A DNA stretch of 33,608 nt from a virus. Lineage: Duplodnaviria > Caudoviricetes. Positions 24,715 to 33,608 of the stretch are shown in pieces. Position 1 is the stretch's first letter, and the number at the start of each line of letters is the position of its first letter. Below the pieces are notes generated by a model. That model saw only the letters and a program-made list of their open reading frames with translations. It made no database searches and was not told the DNA's origin. A program made the position numbers and the translations under genes. The DNA is taken from the IMG/VR virus record IMGVR_UViG_3300032232_001065, positions 1 through 33,608 of that record; one strand, written 5' to 3'.

Positions 24715-26122
24715 CGAACCTCCACTTGATGAATGCGTTAAAGCCTACAACCTAAACGGAATTCATCCTGCCGCCGACTTGTTCCCATTAATCACGGGGC
24801 AAGAGTTTCAAGACCTTTGCAATTCTATTGGGAATCAAGGGCTGGAAATGCCTGTCGTGCTCACTCACGATGGATTTCTTTTGGATGGCCGAAACCGATT
24901 GCGGGCACTGTTTGCTACAGGCGCTACCGAGCGATTTCAAACGCTTGGCGACTTTTACGCAGCCGACTATCCCGGCTATGTTATGCGACTCAACCTGCAT
25001 CGTCGGCACTTGAGCAGCGAAGAACGCAAGGTACTTTATCTCAAATTGCGGGACTTGAGGGGAGTGAGAACTCAGGCAGACAATCAGCATGTAACAAAGG
25101 TTACAAGCACACCCCCGCCGTCCCAAACCAGTTACGCCAGTGAAATGGGCGTATCTCGCAAAACCGTAAACGATTGGGAATCTGACGCCAAAGTACTGGA
25201 TAAGTCGCCAGACCTGAAGGAAGCAGTTTTAGTGGGAAAGATGTCGGTGGCTGAAGCGGTTGCCATTATTGAGAAAGTGGAGCAAGCTATTGCCAAGCAA
25301 GCACCACCGGCAGAATCAGCTAAGCCCGCAAAATCAAACTTTCCTACGGTCCCTGTCATCACTGTGGATGGAAAGCGGAAAGACGTACCGGAACCAAAGG
25401 CGACGCATTTTAACCGGACCAATGGAAACGTAGAGTGGGCAAGTTGGACATGGAATCCGATCACTGGTTGTTTGCACGGTTGTAACTTCTGTTACGCCAG
25501 GGCGATTACCCATAACGGGCAAATGGCGGCAAATTACCCGTTCGGGTTTGAACCAGCTTTTTATGAGTACAGGCTGGAAGCACCGAAGAACACACGAATA
25601 CCTGTTGACTCAAACAATCCGGCTGACGGTCGTGTTTTTGTCGGTTCGATGGCTGATGTGTTTGGGAAGTGGGTTCCTGATGAATGGATTCAAAAGATAT
25701 TCGACGCTTGCATGGAAGCGCCCGGCTGGGAATATTTATTCCTGACCAAATGGCCAAACCGCTATAAAATGCTGGAATCATTGCCTAAGGCTTGGTTTGG
25801 AGCCTCCGTAATTCAACAGTCTGACGTTCCCAGAGTAGAACGTGAAATGAAATCGTTTGAGACGACGGGTATCAAGTGGATATCGCTTGAACCAATGCTA
25901 GAGCAAATCACTTTCAACGATTTGTCGTGGTGCAATCTGGTGGTGATTGGTGCACAGACTGCTACTCAACAGCCATCGGGCTATGTGCCTGAAAAGGCGG
26001 CTGATTTTGAGTGGGTATGGGACGTAGTCCGGCAATGCAAAGACGCCGGAGTGCCTTATTACCTGAAACCTAATCTATTGCAATCACCGGGAATGATCTT
26101 ACCTAAAGGCGAACCATCATGA
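24707..26122 (+). CDS. ParB-like domain + HTH fused to DUF5131 (Gp37/Gp68, three-Cys radical-SAM-like) domain
   Basis: HPAADLFP, LLDGRNR and NLHRRHL; WNPITGCLHGCNFCYA, FVGSMADVF, LTKWP, WISLEPML, VVIGAQT, VPYYLK. Confidence 0.85.
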   Translation: MYDEPPLDECVKAYNLNGIHPAADLFPLITGQEFQDLCNSIGNQGLEMPVVLTHDGFLLDGRNRLRALFATGATERFQTLGDFYAADYPGYVMRLNLHRRHLSSEERKVLYLKLRDLRGVRTQADNQHVTKVTSTPPPSQTSYASEMGVSRKTVNDWESDAKVLDKSPDLKEAVLVGKMSVAEAVAIIEKVEQAIAKQAPPAESAKPAKSNFPTVPVITVDGKRKDVPEPKATHFNRTNGNVEWASWTWNPITGCLHGCNFCYARAITHNGQMAANYPFGFEPAFYEYRLEAPKNTRIPVDSNNPADGRVFVGSMADVFGKWVPDEWIQKIFDACMEAPGWEYLFLTKWPNRYKMLESLPKAWFGASVIQQSDVPRVEREMKSFETTGIKWISLEPMLEQITFNDLSWCNLVVIGAQTATQQPSGYVPEKAADFEWVWDVVRQCKDAGVPYYLKPNLLQSPGMILPKGEPS

Positions 26123-26883
26123 ACATCATCAACGCTCCATCCGTCTACCTGGTCGGCAAACAGGAACTCAACAGCCTTGATTGTGCTGAATTCCTTGAAG
26201 CCCACAACGTCGAATACTGGAACAGCGACACCGATAATGCTAGCGAGCATCTCGTTGAGATCGCTGGCCGATTGTGCTACATGAGTTTTGCCAAGCCTCG
26301 ACCAGGTGGGAACAAGGCTTATATCGACCACATCTTGGATGTGGGCCACGGCTCAGTTCTGGAACATGCTGTTTACTCGATGATTTTCACAGGCGTCTCC
26401 AGATCACTCACGCACGAGCTGGTTCGGCATCGTGCTGGCATGAGCTATTCACAGCTAAGTCAACGATATGTGGACGAGTCGGACTGTGCGTTTGTGCGAC
26501 CACCAGGCATCAAGCCGGGAAGCACGCCAGAAGCGATCTGGGCTCAGGCCATTGGCCGAGCGCAGGGACATTACGAGGCGTTGTGCGAAACGCTGGAATA
26601 CAACGACTTTGCCGACATTGACAGCCCGACACTTCGACGCAAGAAATCTCGCGAGGCCGCTCGCGCTGTCCTCCCAAACTGCACTGAAACCAAGATATTT
26701 GTCACTGGCAACGCCAGAGCATGGAGGCACTTCCTTGAACTGCGTGGCTCGATTCATGCGGACGCTGAAATTCAGCGGCTGGCAATTGCAGTCCTAAAAG
26801 TGTTGCAGGCTGAATCACCGAATCTGTTTGGCGATTACACGGTGACTGATCAAGGGATTGACACCAAGTGGAGGAAGGTATGA
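26119..26883 (+). CDS. thyX: FAD-dependent thymidylate synthase
   Basis: GHGSVLEH, SRSLTHELVRHRAGMSYSQLSQRY, AARAVLP, NARAWRHFLELR, HADAEI. Confidence 0.95.
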   Translation: MNIINAPSVYLVGKQELNSLDCAEFLEAHNVEYWNSDTDNASEHLVEIAGRLCYMSFAKPRPGGNKAYIDHILDVGHGSVLEHAVYSMIFTGVSRSLTHELVRHRAGMSYSQLSQRYVDESDCAFVRPPGIKPGSTPEAIWAQAIGRAQGHYEALCETLEYNDFADIDSPTLRRKKSREAARAVLPNCTETKIFVTGNARAWRHFLELRGSIHADAEIQRLAIAVLKVLQAESPNLFGDYTVTDQGIDTKWRKV

Positions 26884-27350
26884 GTGCAATAGCCTTCACG
26901 GTTTTTGGCAAGCCATCGCCATCAGGCTCAAAGAAAGCATTCCAGCACAGCAAGACCGGAAGGATTGTTGTGGTTGATACCGCCAAGGGAAAAGCCAAGT
27001 GGCAAACGCTGTGCAAGCGAGCTGCGACCGCAGCCGTGAAGGAATCGGGCTGGGGCTGTGCATCAGGGCCAATCAATCTGCAAGTACTGTTTACATTTGC
27101 GAGACCTAAAGCACATTTCCGGACTGGCAAGAATTCGGCCATCATGAAGCCGACAGCACCATTCTGGCACACTCAGAAACCGGATAGAACAAAGCTGTTG
27201 CGGTGCCTGGAAGATGCTTTCAAGGGTGTGCTCTGGAAGGATGACAGCCAGGTGATTTCGGGAGAGGCTCGCAAATGTTGGGGCGATGAGGATTCCGCTT
27301 TTGTCATCGTTGAAACTGTGGAGCAACCAAATGAAATCCAAGCGAGCTGA
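26880..27350 (+). CDS. rusA: RusA-family Holliday junction resolvase
   Basis: GKPSPSGSK and KPDRTKLLRCLEDAFKGVLWKDDSQV. Confidence 0.88.
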   Translation: MSAIAFTVFGKPSPSGSKKAFQHSKTGRIVVVDTAKGKAKWQTLCKRAATAAVKESGWGCASGPINLQVLFTFARPKAHFRTGKNSAIMKPTAPFWHTQKPDRTKLLRCLEDAFKGVLWKDDSQVISGEARKCWGDEDSAFVIVETVEQPNEIQAS

Positions 27351-27648
27351 GATCAGGTTCTCACGAACTGAAATGGAAGTCATGCCACAGCATCAGCTTT
27401 TAGAGCTGAAGCGAATCGGCACCGAATATGAGCGAATGCACGCGAACGCCATCTTAGATGATCGCTCAAATGGCAACACCAGCAATCATGGGTATCCAGC
27501 AATCACCGAACTGATGGCCAGTGCCAAAGGCCAACGGAGTGTGACCGGCATCCCAGTAAAACCGAATCGGTATTTAAATGGATACCATCAAAACAGAAAG
27601 GCTAAACATGCTTATAAGGTCATTGAGATTCAGAAGGAGGAAGATTGA
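27331..27648 (+). CDS. Hypothetical protein
   Basis: SD GGAG before ATG 27331; operon packing. Confidence 0.5.
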   Translation: MKSKRAEIRFSRTEMEVMPQHQLLELKRIGTEYERMHANAILDDRSNGNTSNHGYPAITELMASAKGQRSVTGIPVKPNRYLNGYHQNRKAKHAYKVIEIQKEED

Positions 27649-28016
27649 TGAGCTGTCCTGATTACTACCTGTTGGCCAGTGGCCGAGAGTTTATCGACTT
27701 TGCGAACAATGAGCTGAGTGCCTGGCTGAAACCGCGAGTGAGCCATGAAGTTTATCACTGCATTGTGAGTGCGATGGAACACAGATTTCGACGCGGGAAT
27801 AAAGAAGGTGAAGCCGAGACAGATTTAGCAGCGGAGGCATTCTGGCTTTGCCAAGCACAGGAATTGCAAGAGAACGATTGTACCAGCGACTATTGTTTGC
27901 CTGATGTTCTGCCTGTGATTGTAGAAATGGTGGACGCTGAACGAGAGTTCAAAGAGTACCGACTTAAAGTAAACAAAATGTTCGAAGATATCAAAAAGGG
28001 CAAGCACAATGATTGA
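27645..28016 (+). CDS. Divergent DUF3310-like hypothetical protein
   Basis: PDYY...EFID...SAMEHRFRRGNK...DL...FWL pattern; SD AGGAGG. Confidence 0.5.
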   Translation: MMSCPDYYLLASGREFIDFANNELSAWLKPRVSHEVYHCIVSAMEHRFRRGNKEGEAETDLAAEAFWLCQAQELQENDCTSDYCLPDVLPVIVEMVDAEREFKEYRLKVNKMFEDIKKGKHND

Positions 28017-28329
28017 GCAAAGATGGTGCACGACCGATGGCACAAGCTGGACGCTATCCCACGGCAAGTATTGGGCGAATATTGAGCTGTCTTTTGACAA
28101 CACTAACTATTTTGCAAGCACTGGAAGTCTGAAAGACAGACCGCCAGAAGAACTATCTTGGGATGAGTTGAATGAAGGCTCTTGGGCTGACGAATTTGAC
28201 TGTCTGAAGAAAGCCAAAGCAGCCTGTATTCAGCATATTACTGAAGCGATTGACGAGGTCACCAAGAGCTTACAGGTATCACCATACGAAGGCATTTTTG
28301 ACAGGGAAAACTATGATGATCAATCTTGA
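28009..28329 (+). CDS. Hypothetical protein
   Basis: Overlapping operon packing. Confidence 0.55.
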   Translation: MIEQRWCTTDGTSWTLSHGKYWANIELSFDNTNYFASTGSLKDRPPEELSWDELNEGSWADEFDCLKKAKAACIQHITEAIDEVTKSLQVSPYEGIFDRENYDDQS

Positions 28330-28561
28330 TGATATTGCAGCACTCGCAGACAGCGAAGGTAAGGCGGTTGCTCTGAGCCTTTGGAACCGATTGCAGATTG
28401 TGGACAAGGCGTTTCGCATGATGGCGGCTGAGTTTGATTACTCAGAGTTGAAGAGCGACAAGATGTACAAGGCGTACATCGAGTTTGCAGAAGGTAAGCC
28501 ACGCGATGAAACTCTTGATGAGGTTGTTACCAGATTAGAGGCTGGAGGTACAAAATCTTGA
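28313..28561 (+). CDS. Hypothetical protein
   Basis: AGGG before ATG 28313/28316. Confidence 0.5.
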   Translation: MMINLDDIAALADSEGKAVALSLWNRLQIVDKAFRMMAAEFDYSELKSDKMYKAYIEFAEGKPRDETLDEVVTRLEAGGTKS

Positions 28562-28605
28562 GCACCCTATTGACGGTCGGCACCTCCTGTGATTATCGTC
28601 AAGAT

Positions 28606-29028
28606 ATGAATGAACCATTAGGTTCAGACTCGATCGCTCCCACGGATGGGGAAATCGACCAGAATATCACAAGGCGACTTATCCGTTCTATCCACGGCGT
28701 ACAACCTGTTTTGATAGGTGTGGACGCCTCTGGCTGGACGGAAGGTACGCCGAATCAACCCTGTCCTCATTGTGTTGATGGGCGGAAGGTTGAACAGCAC
28801 CGTTATGCGATTTGCTTATCCTGCACCAGAGCCAGCAAACAACTGGATCAGGCGATCAAACGAGCCATGACAGAACAAGCGGAACTCATGGCCTTTTGGG
28901 CCAAGTTTCGGAACATTGCGATCAAGCAGCGTGCTCTGATGCAGCGACTGCGGCGGAAGGGTGTGATTGACAAGCCTGGACGGGGGAATCATGGCGCTAG
29001 GCCGCCGGGACTTCGGGACGTTGAGTGA
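28606..29028 (+). CDS. Zn-finger (CPHC/CLSC) protein upstream of terminase
   Basis: Two CxxC motifs and a basic C-terminus; start 28606 or 28558. Confidence 0.55.
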   Translation: MNEPLGSDSIAPTDGEIDQNITRRLIRSIHGVQPVLIGVDASGWTEGTPNQPCPHCVDGRKVEQHRYAICLSCTRASKQLDQAIKRAMTEQAELMAFWAKFRNIAIKQRALMQRLRRKGVIDKPGRGNHGARPPGLRDVE

Positions 29029-29072
29029 GAGATGTCGACCCACCTCCAAGCAAGTGGATAAGAAGGTGAGAT

Positions 29073-29486
29073 ATGGGCAAGTTCCCGAACCCAGAGACAC
29101 AATTCAAAAAAGGCGTGTCTGGCAACCCAGCCGGATACAGCCGTGGTCGCCGTCAGATTGACGACCTGATTGAATTGATTGGCTTAGAGAAAAGCGAACG
29201 CGACATTTCTCGGATCTGGCTTCAAAACATTCTGGACGGGAACTTTGCGTTCCTGAAAGAGTACCTTGAACGCCGTGATGGCAAGGTTGCCAGCAGCATC
29301 GAAATCTCTGACAAGCCCCAAGTGGACTGGGCGGCCATAGACAATGAGTGCGACACCCCACCACGACAGGCAGTTGATCCCAAAGGGGCTAAACCGGTTT
29401 CTACAAGCCGCAAAGCCGGATCACCAGTGGTCGCCAGAACACTTGGCGGAGTGCCGCCGCTCGCTGGACAGGGTGACGACCGGTGA
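29073..29486 (+). CDS. terS: Terminase small subunit (DUF5681-like N-terminus)
   Basis: QFKKGVSGNPAG and YLERRDGK; precedes TerL. Confidence 0.75.
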   Translation: MGKFPNPETQFKKGVSGNPAGYSRGRRQIDDLIELIGLEKSERDISRIWLQNILDGNFAFLKEYLERRDGKVASSIEISDKPQVDWAAIDNECDTPPRQAVDPKGAKPVSTSRKAGSPVVARTLGGVPPLAGQGDDR

Positions 29487-30696
29487 TGTCAAACGGTTAA
29501 TGCTCTTCCTCCCGCCCAGGCACGGCAAGAGCGAGCTGGCCACGATCCACTATGCTGCTTATAGATTATTGGTGGATCAAGGTTTACGGATAATTATTGG
29601 GGCTTATAACCACTCACTGGCATGCACTTTCTCGCGACAAACGCGACGCATCGCAAAAGAGTTTGGATTCAACTTTAGCGACGATCAAAACAAGCAAAAT
29701 CAGTGGTCAAGCGAACACGGCGGCGGGCTATATGCGGTCGGTGTCGGCTCTGGTGTCACTGGCTATGGTGCCGACCTGGTCATTATTGACGACCCTGTTA
29801 AGAGTCGAGCTGAAGCCGAATCACCCACCTATCGTGCTCGGGTGATGGACTGGTATCAAAACGACCTCTACACACGACTTCACCCGAACGCTGCCATCGT
29901 CCTGATTATGACCAGATGGCACTCTCTCGACTTGGCTGGCCAGTTGCTCGAACAGGCCAACGAAGGTGGCGAGCAATGGGATGTGGTCAGCCTGCCAGCC
30001 ATTGCCGAGGAAGATGACCTGATCGGACGTCATCCCGGTGAGGCGCTGTGGCCAGAACGGTATTCCGTAGAAGACTTCGACCGGATCAAAAAGACCGTCG
30101 GCTCTTATGCCTTTTCGGCTTTATACCAACAGACACCAACGCCCCGTGATGGCGGCTTCTTTCGACCGGAATGGTTCAAAATCGTCGATCCATCACCGAT
30201 ACCAGACAACTCCAACTCGTGCCGAGCGTGGGACACAGCCGCAACGGTCGGCGGTGGTGACTACACTGCCGGTGTGTGGATGTGCAGGACAGGCGACACT
30301 TACAGGGTCAAGCACGTTTCGCGGGGGCAATGGTCACCTGCTACCCGTCGCACAATCCAACGCCAGATCGCTGAGACCGACGGGCGCGAAACGGTCGTTC
30401 ATCTTGCACAGGATCCCGGCTCCGCTGGTGTGGACCAGGTCCAGCACGACACTCGTAACCTGATCGGTTATGGCGTCATCAGCAAACGACCCACAGGATC
30501 CAAAGAAGTGCGGGCAATGCCGATGGCCGCTGCTTTTGAATCTGGTTCCATCGAGCTGGAAAAGGGCGATTGGAACCGCGACTTTATTGACGAGCTGTGC
30601 TCATTCCCGACCGGCAAACATGACGACCAGGTTGATGCTGCTGCCGATGCGTTCAACTATCTAAGCCCAATCCAGCCTTTCCGATACGTCTCCTGA
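29344..30696 (+). CDS. terL: Terminase large subunit
   Basis: Walker A PPRHGKSE; Walker B VIIDDP; IMTRWH; nuclease AWDTA, DYTA, HDDQVDA. Confidence 0.95.
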   Translation: MSATPHHDRQLIPKGLNRFLQAAKPDHQWSPEHLAECRRSLDRVTTGDVKRLMLFLPPRHGKSELATIHYAAYRLLVDQGLRIIIGAYNHSLACTFSRQTRRIAKEFGFNFSDDQNKQNQWSSEHGGGLYAVGVGSGVTGYGADLVIIDDPVKSRAEAESPTYRARVMDWYQNDLYTRLHPNAAIVLIMTRWHSLDLAGQLLEQANEGGEQWDVVSLPAIAEEDDLIGRHPGEALWPERYSVEDFDRIKKTVGSYAFSALYQQTPTPRDGGFFRPEWFKIVDPSPIPDNSNSCRAWDTAATVGGGDYTAGVWMCRTGDTYRVKHVSRGQWSPATRRTIQRQIAETDGRETVVHLAQDPGSAGVDQVQHDTRNLIGYGVISKRPTGSKEVRAMPMAAAFESGSIELEKGDWNRDFIDELCSFPTGKHDDQVDAAADAFNYLSPIQPFRYVS

Positions 30697-30701
30697 AAAC
30701 T

Positions 30702-32009
30702 ATGCCAACACTATTCCAAAACATCCGCAGCCGGTTCACAAAGTCGGTGCGTGAAGGCGTCACTGCCAACACCGCTGACATTGCCGCGACGTCATGGACT
30801 GTGGACATGATGACCGGCCTGTCGAACGATTACATGACCTTGGCTCGTCCGTACAACCAAGTGTCTGTGGTTCAGGCCGCGATACAGGCCATGAAGCGCA
30901 ACGCTACCAAGGCGATCATGCAGGTGGGCCGATGGGATGAGGATGGAGGGTTTACGCCTGTCTATCACCCTTTGCAGTCACTCTGGCAACGGCCAAGCCC
31001 CGGCGAATCAGATGCGACCGTTCTGGAGCATCTTTACTGTAGCCTGTGTGATAACGGCAACGCTTACATCCAAGTGATCACGAACACGGCTGGCACTGCT
31101 GTGACCGAACTGATGCCGATCCCATCGCCTTGGGTCCTGCGACCAGTCATGGGCGAAAGCATCAACGAAGTCCTTGAATATCCAGTGATGGGAAGCGATT
31201 GGGGCAGATCGTACAACTACTCTGTTCCCGCTGATTTGATGATCGCATTTCGCCAGGGCCGATCGACCTACGCTCAGAGCCGAGGCGTCTCAACGCTCGA
31301 TTCTGTTGTTGCTGAAATGGCGCTGGTCAAGATCATCGGCCAGTATGAGACCACAGTTCTCAGTCGGTCTGGTGTGCCATCGCTGATCGTCAGCCTCAAA
31401 ACGCTGGGCAATCTCAGTGACGCTCAATTGTCGCAGGTCCAAGCCGACCTGGCACGAGCTGTGAGTGGTAAAGCTGTGGGCCGGCCATTCGTCGGGACCA
31501 GCGAGATGGACATCAAATCGCCGGGCTTCTCACCAAAAGATTTGTCCGTGAGCGAGATGGCGGACCTTGCGACCGCTCGAATCTGTGGTGTCCTTGGATG
31601 GGCACCCATGAGCCTGAAACAGCCTGACACTGGCAAGACATACAGCAACCTGGTCGAGGCCAATAAGGCATCATGGCGCGATGCTGTGATTCCTTTCTTG
31701 GATCTGGTGGCCGGCGAGCTGACCAGGCTGGTCCAGACTTTGCCGATCGCCTGCAACGGGATGACTTCGCAGCCTGATCAATCGTTGTGTGTGCGGTTCG
31801 ACACATCGCAGATTGAAGAGCTGTCAGTGGACCGCAAGGCGCTGATGGACATCGCCACCGCAGGCGTGAACGCAGGAATCTTTACCGTCAACGAAGCACG
31901 TGCGACGCTCGGACTTGGCGAGATGGAAGAGCCTGAAGAGGTCGAAGCTGTGGAGCCTGAAAAGCCTTCTACGGATTCTTCTGTTGATCCTGAAATGGAG
32001 GCTGAATAA
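30702..32009 (+). CDS. Portal protein (HK97-like)
   Basis: HPLQSLWQRP, GNAYI, RGVS, ICGVLG, TYSN, GIFTVNEARATLG. Confidence 0.92.
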   Translation: MPTLFQNIRSRFTKSVREGVTANTADIAATSWTVDMMTGLSNDYMTLARPYNQVSVVQAAIQAMKRNATKAIMQVGRWDEDGGFTPVYHPLQSLWQRPSPGESDATVLEHLYCSLCDNGNAYIQVITNTAGTAVTELMPIPSPWVLRPVMGESINEVLEYPVMGSDWGRSYNYSVPADLMIAFRQGRSTYAQSRGVSTLDSVVAEMALVKIIGQYETTVLSRSGVPSLIVSLKTLGNLSDAQLSQVQADLARAVSGKAVGRPFVGTSEMDIKSPGFSPKDLSVSEMADLATARICGVLGWAPMSLKQPDTGKTYSNLVEANKASWRDAVIPFLDLVAGELTRLVQTLPIACNGMTSQPDQSLCVRFDTSQIEELSVDRKALMDIATAGVNAGIFTVNEARATLGLGEMEEPEEVEAVEPEKPSTDSSVDPEMEAE

Positions 32010-32351
32010 ATGGCCGGATCATACAACCTAGAAATCGAAGCGGGCGCTTCATTTAACCGAACGCTTACTTGGACCTCCAACGGAACGCCAGTGAACCTGA
32101 CCGGAAGCAGTGCCAGGATGATGGCTCGCACGTCTTACAGCAACTCCAACACGACATTAAGCCTGACCACTCCTTCAGCCTGTCTGTCGATCAGCAACGC
32201 AACCGGCGGAGTGATTGCACTCGCTTTGGATGCTGCCACAACTGCTAACCTGGTTGATGGTGTTTACGATCTCGAAATCGTGACCGGAAATGTCGTGCAA
32301 AGACTGATCTCAGGGACTTTGACAGTCTCGCCCGAGGTGACACGTGGCTGA
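32010..32351 (+). CDS. Small beta-rich virion protein (BppU/adaptor-like)
   Basis: LEIEAGASF, PVNLTGSSARM, VYDLEI, RLISGTLTVSPEVTR; typical of genes preceding fibres. Confidence 0.6.
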   Translation: MAGSYNLEIEAGASFNRTLTWTSNGTPVNLTGSSARMMARTSYSNSNTTLSLTTPSACLSISNATGGVIALALDAATTANLVDGVYDLEIVTGNVVQRLISGTLTVSPEVTRG

Positions 32352-33608
32352 TACAGTTATAATCACAGGCGAAAAGACTGTCACTGTTGTTACGGTGGGC
32401 GTTCAAGGTCCAGCCGGAATCAGCGGATCATCTATTCCCGCTACAAACACGACCATCGGTGGAATCATCGTTGGGGATAATCTGTCCATCACAGGCAATG
32501 GGGTGCTGTCGGCCCAGCCTGGTGGTGTTACGGCTTTTAATAATCGCACGGGAAATGTCAGTTTGACATCCAACGATGTCACATCAGCTTTAACTTACAC
32601 GCCTTTGACTTCCTCGACGCCTCATTCCAACCTGTCATTTACAGGCACGTCAACAGCAAGCCCATTTAACTTTAAGGTTCAAAACTCAAACGGTTCAAGA
32701 TACGCTTCGATTTCTTCGCCGTCTGCTGGATTAGTAGACATGTCGTGGGTGATTAACAATACTCGTGCAAACGGCCAGACAGACACTTATTATCCATTCA
32801 TGAGGCTGTTTACAGACCCGACAAATCCAGATTCCAACTACCCTCGTTTGCTGCTCCAGTATAATTACACCGCAAATGCAAGCTCTGGCCCTTATTTTAA
32901 TACTTCTGTGCAGATCAGCCAAAACAAGGTTGAGTTCTATGCCCAGGCTTATACATGGACTGACAACAGCCTGCTCACAAGGTTTTACGCAGACACTCGA
33001 TATCAGGCTATCGGATCTTACCTGACGTCCGCAAACCTGACATATGCCAATCTCACAGGAACGCCCACAACGCTCGCTGGATATGGCATTACAGATGGTT
33101 TAACATCAGCCAACCTGACACCCTACCTGACCACTTCCAGTGCCAACGCAACCTATTCTGTCCTTGGTCACACGCACACAATCGCAAACGTGACTGGCTT
33201 GCAGACCGCACTGGATGCCAAATTGCCATCGGCCAACTTCACGTACGCAAATCTCACAGGTACGCCAAACCTGACGGTATATCTGACCACAGCCAACGCC
33301 ACGGCAACTTATCAACCATTGGGCAACTATGCCACGTCATCCTGCCTGACCTTCAGCAATATTACAGGCAAGCCAACCACGCTGTCAGGGTATGGCATTA
33401 CCGACGGCTACAGCACAAGCAACCCCTCCGGTTACATCACTGCTGGTGCAAACAGCTTTACTGGGGCGCAAAACCTACAGGATAACGAGCTGATCAGGGC
33501 CAAGATCAGGGACTATAGCGAAACGGTCTCCAGCCCAACGATCTCGTCAGGAACGCTTACGCTCAATCTCGAAACATCAAATATCTTCACGGTCTCGCTC
33601 AACGCAGC
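32344..33608 (+). CDS. Fibre protein, 3'-truncated by the window end
   Basis: Open frame 1 from GTG 32344 to the end with no stop; fibre repeats PTTLAGYGITD, PTTLSGYGITD and HTHTIANVTGLQTALDAK. Not in the ORF track. Confidence 0.85.
   Translation, partial: MADTVIITGEKTVTVVTVGVQGPAGISGSSIPATNTTIGGIIVGDNLSITGNGVLSAQPGGVTAFNNRTGNVSLTSNDVTSALTYTPLTSSTPHSNLSFTGTSTASPFNFKVQNSNGSRYASISSPSAGLVDMSWVINNTRANGQTDTYYPFMRLFTDPTNPDSNYPRLLLQYNYTANASSGPYFNTSVQISQNKVEFYAQAYTWTDNSLLTRFYADTRYQAIGSYLTSANLTYANLTGTPTTLAGYGITDGLTSANLTPYLTTSSANATYSVLGHTHTIANVTGLQTALDAKLPSANFTYANLTGTPNLTVYLTTANATATYQPLGNYATSSCLTFSNITGKPTTLSGYGITDGYSTSNPSGYITAGANSFTGAQNLQDNELIRAKIRDYSETVSSPTISSGTLTLNLETSNIFTVSLNA

Noticed and set aside
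26119-27350. thyX and rusA as novel findings
   Set aside because: Both are common phage genes with ordinary motifs.

Overview
The window is a nearly complete (~33.7 kb), circularly permuted genome of a temperate, tailed dsDNA phage with an HK97-type head and siphovirus-like tail genes. The fibre gene running off the right end (32344-33608) appears to finish at 1-123, with a short unsequenced gap. It looks like the excised form: the 3' half of a tRNA-Arg(TCT), the probable attP core, lies beside a tyrosine integrase with phage sequence on both sides. Gene order is terminase, portal, fibre/LamG/membrane proteins/papain-like protease, MuF, prohead protease, major capsid, neck and tail, integrase/attP, a divergent switch built from ribbon-helix-helix (RHH) genes, primase-helicase with an iteron-like origin, SSB, CsrA, TcmP-like plus ParB-DUF5131, ThyX, RusA. 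A Planctomycetota-like host is inferred only from the style of CsrA and the integrase. The most unusual signals are: (i) an apparently CI/Cro-free switch with three tandem RHH paralogues; (ii) a structured RNA region with a D-armless tRNA mimic and GGA motifs in front of csrA; (iii) N-x-S/T sequon enrichment in some tail proteins; (iv) two probable -1 frameshifts in the tail module; (v) a papain-like protease with no recognisable endolysin; (vi) a candidate antisense-oriented sRNA. All product calls come from motif recognition by eye; no database searches were run.
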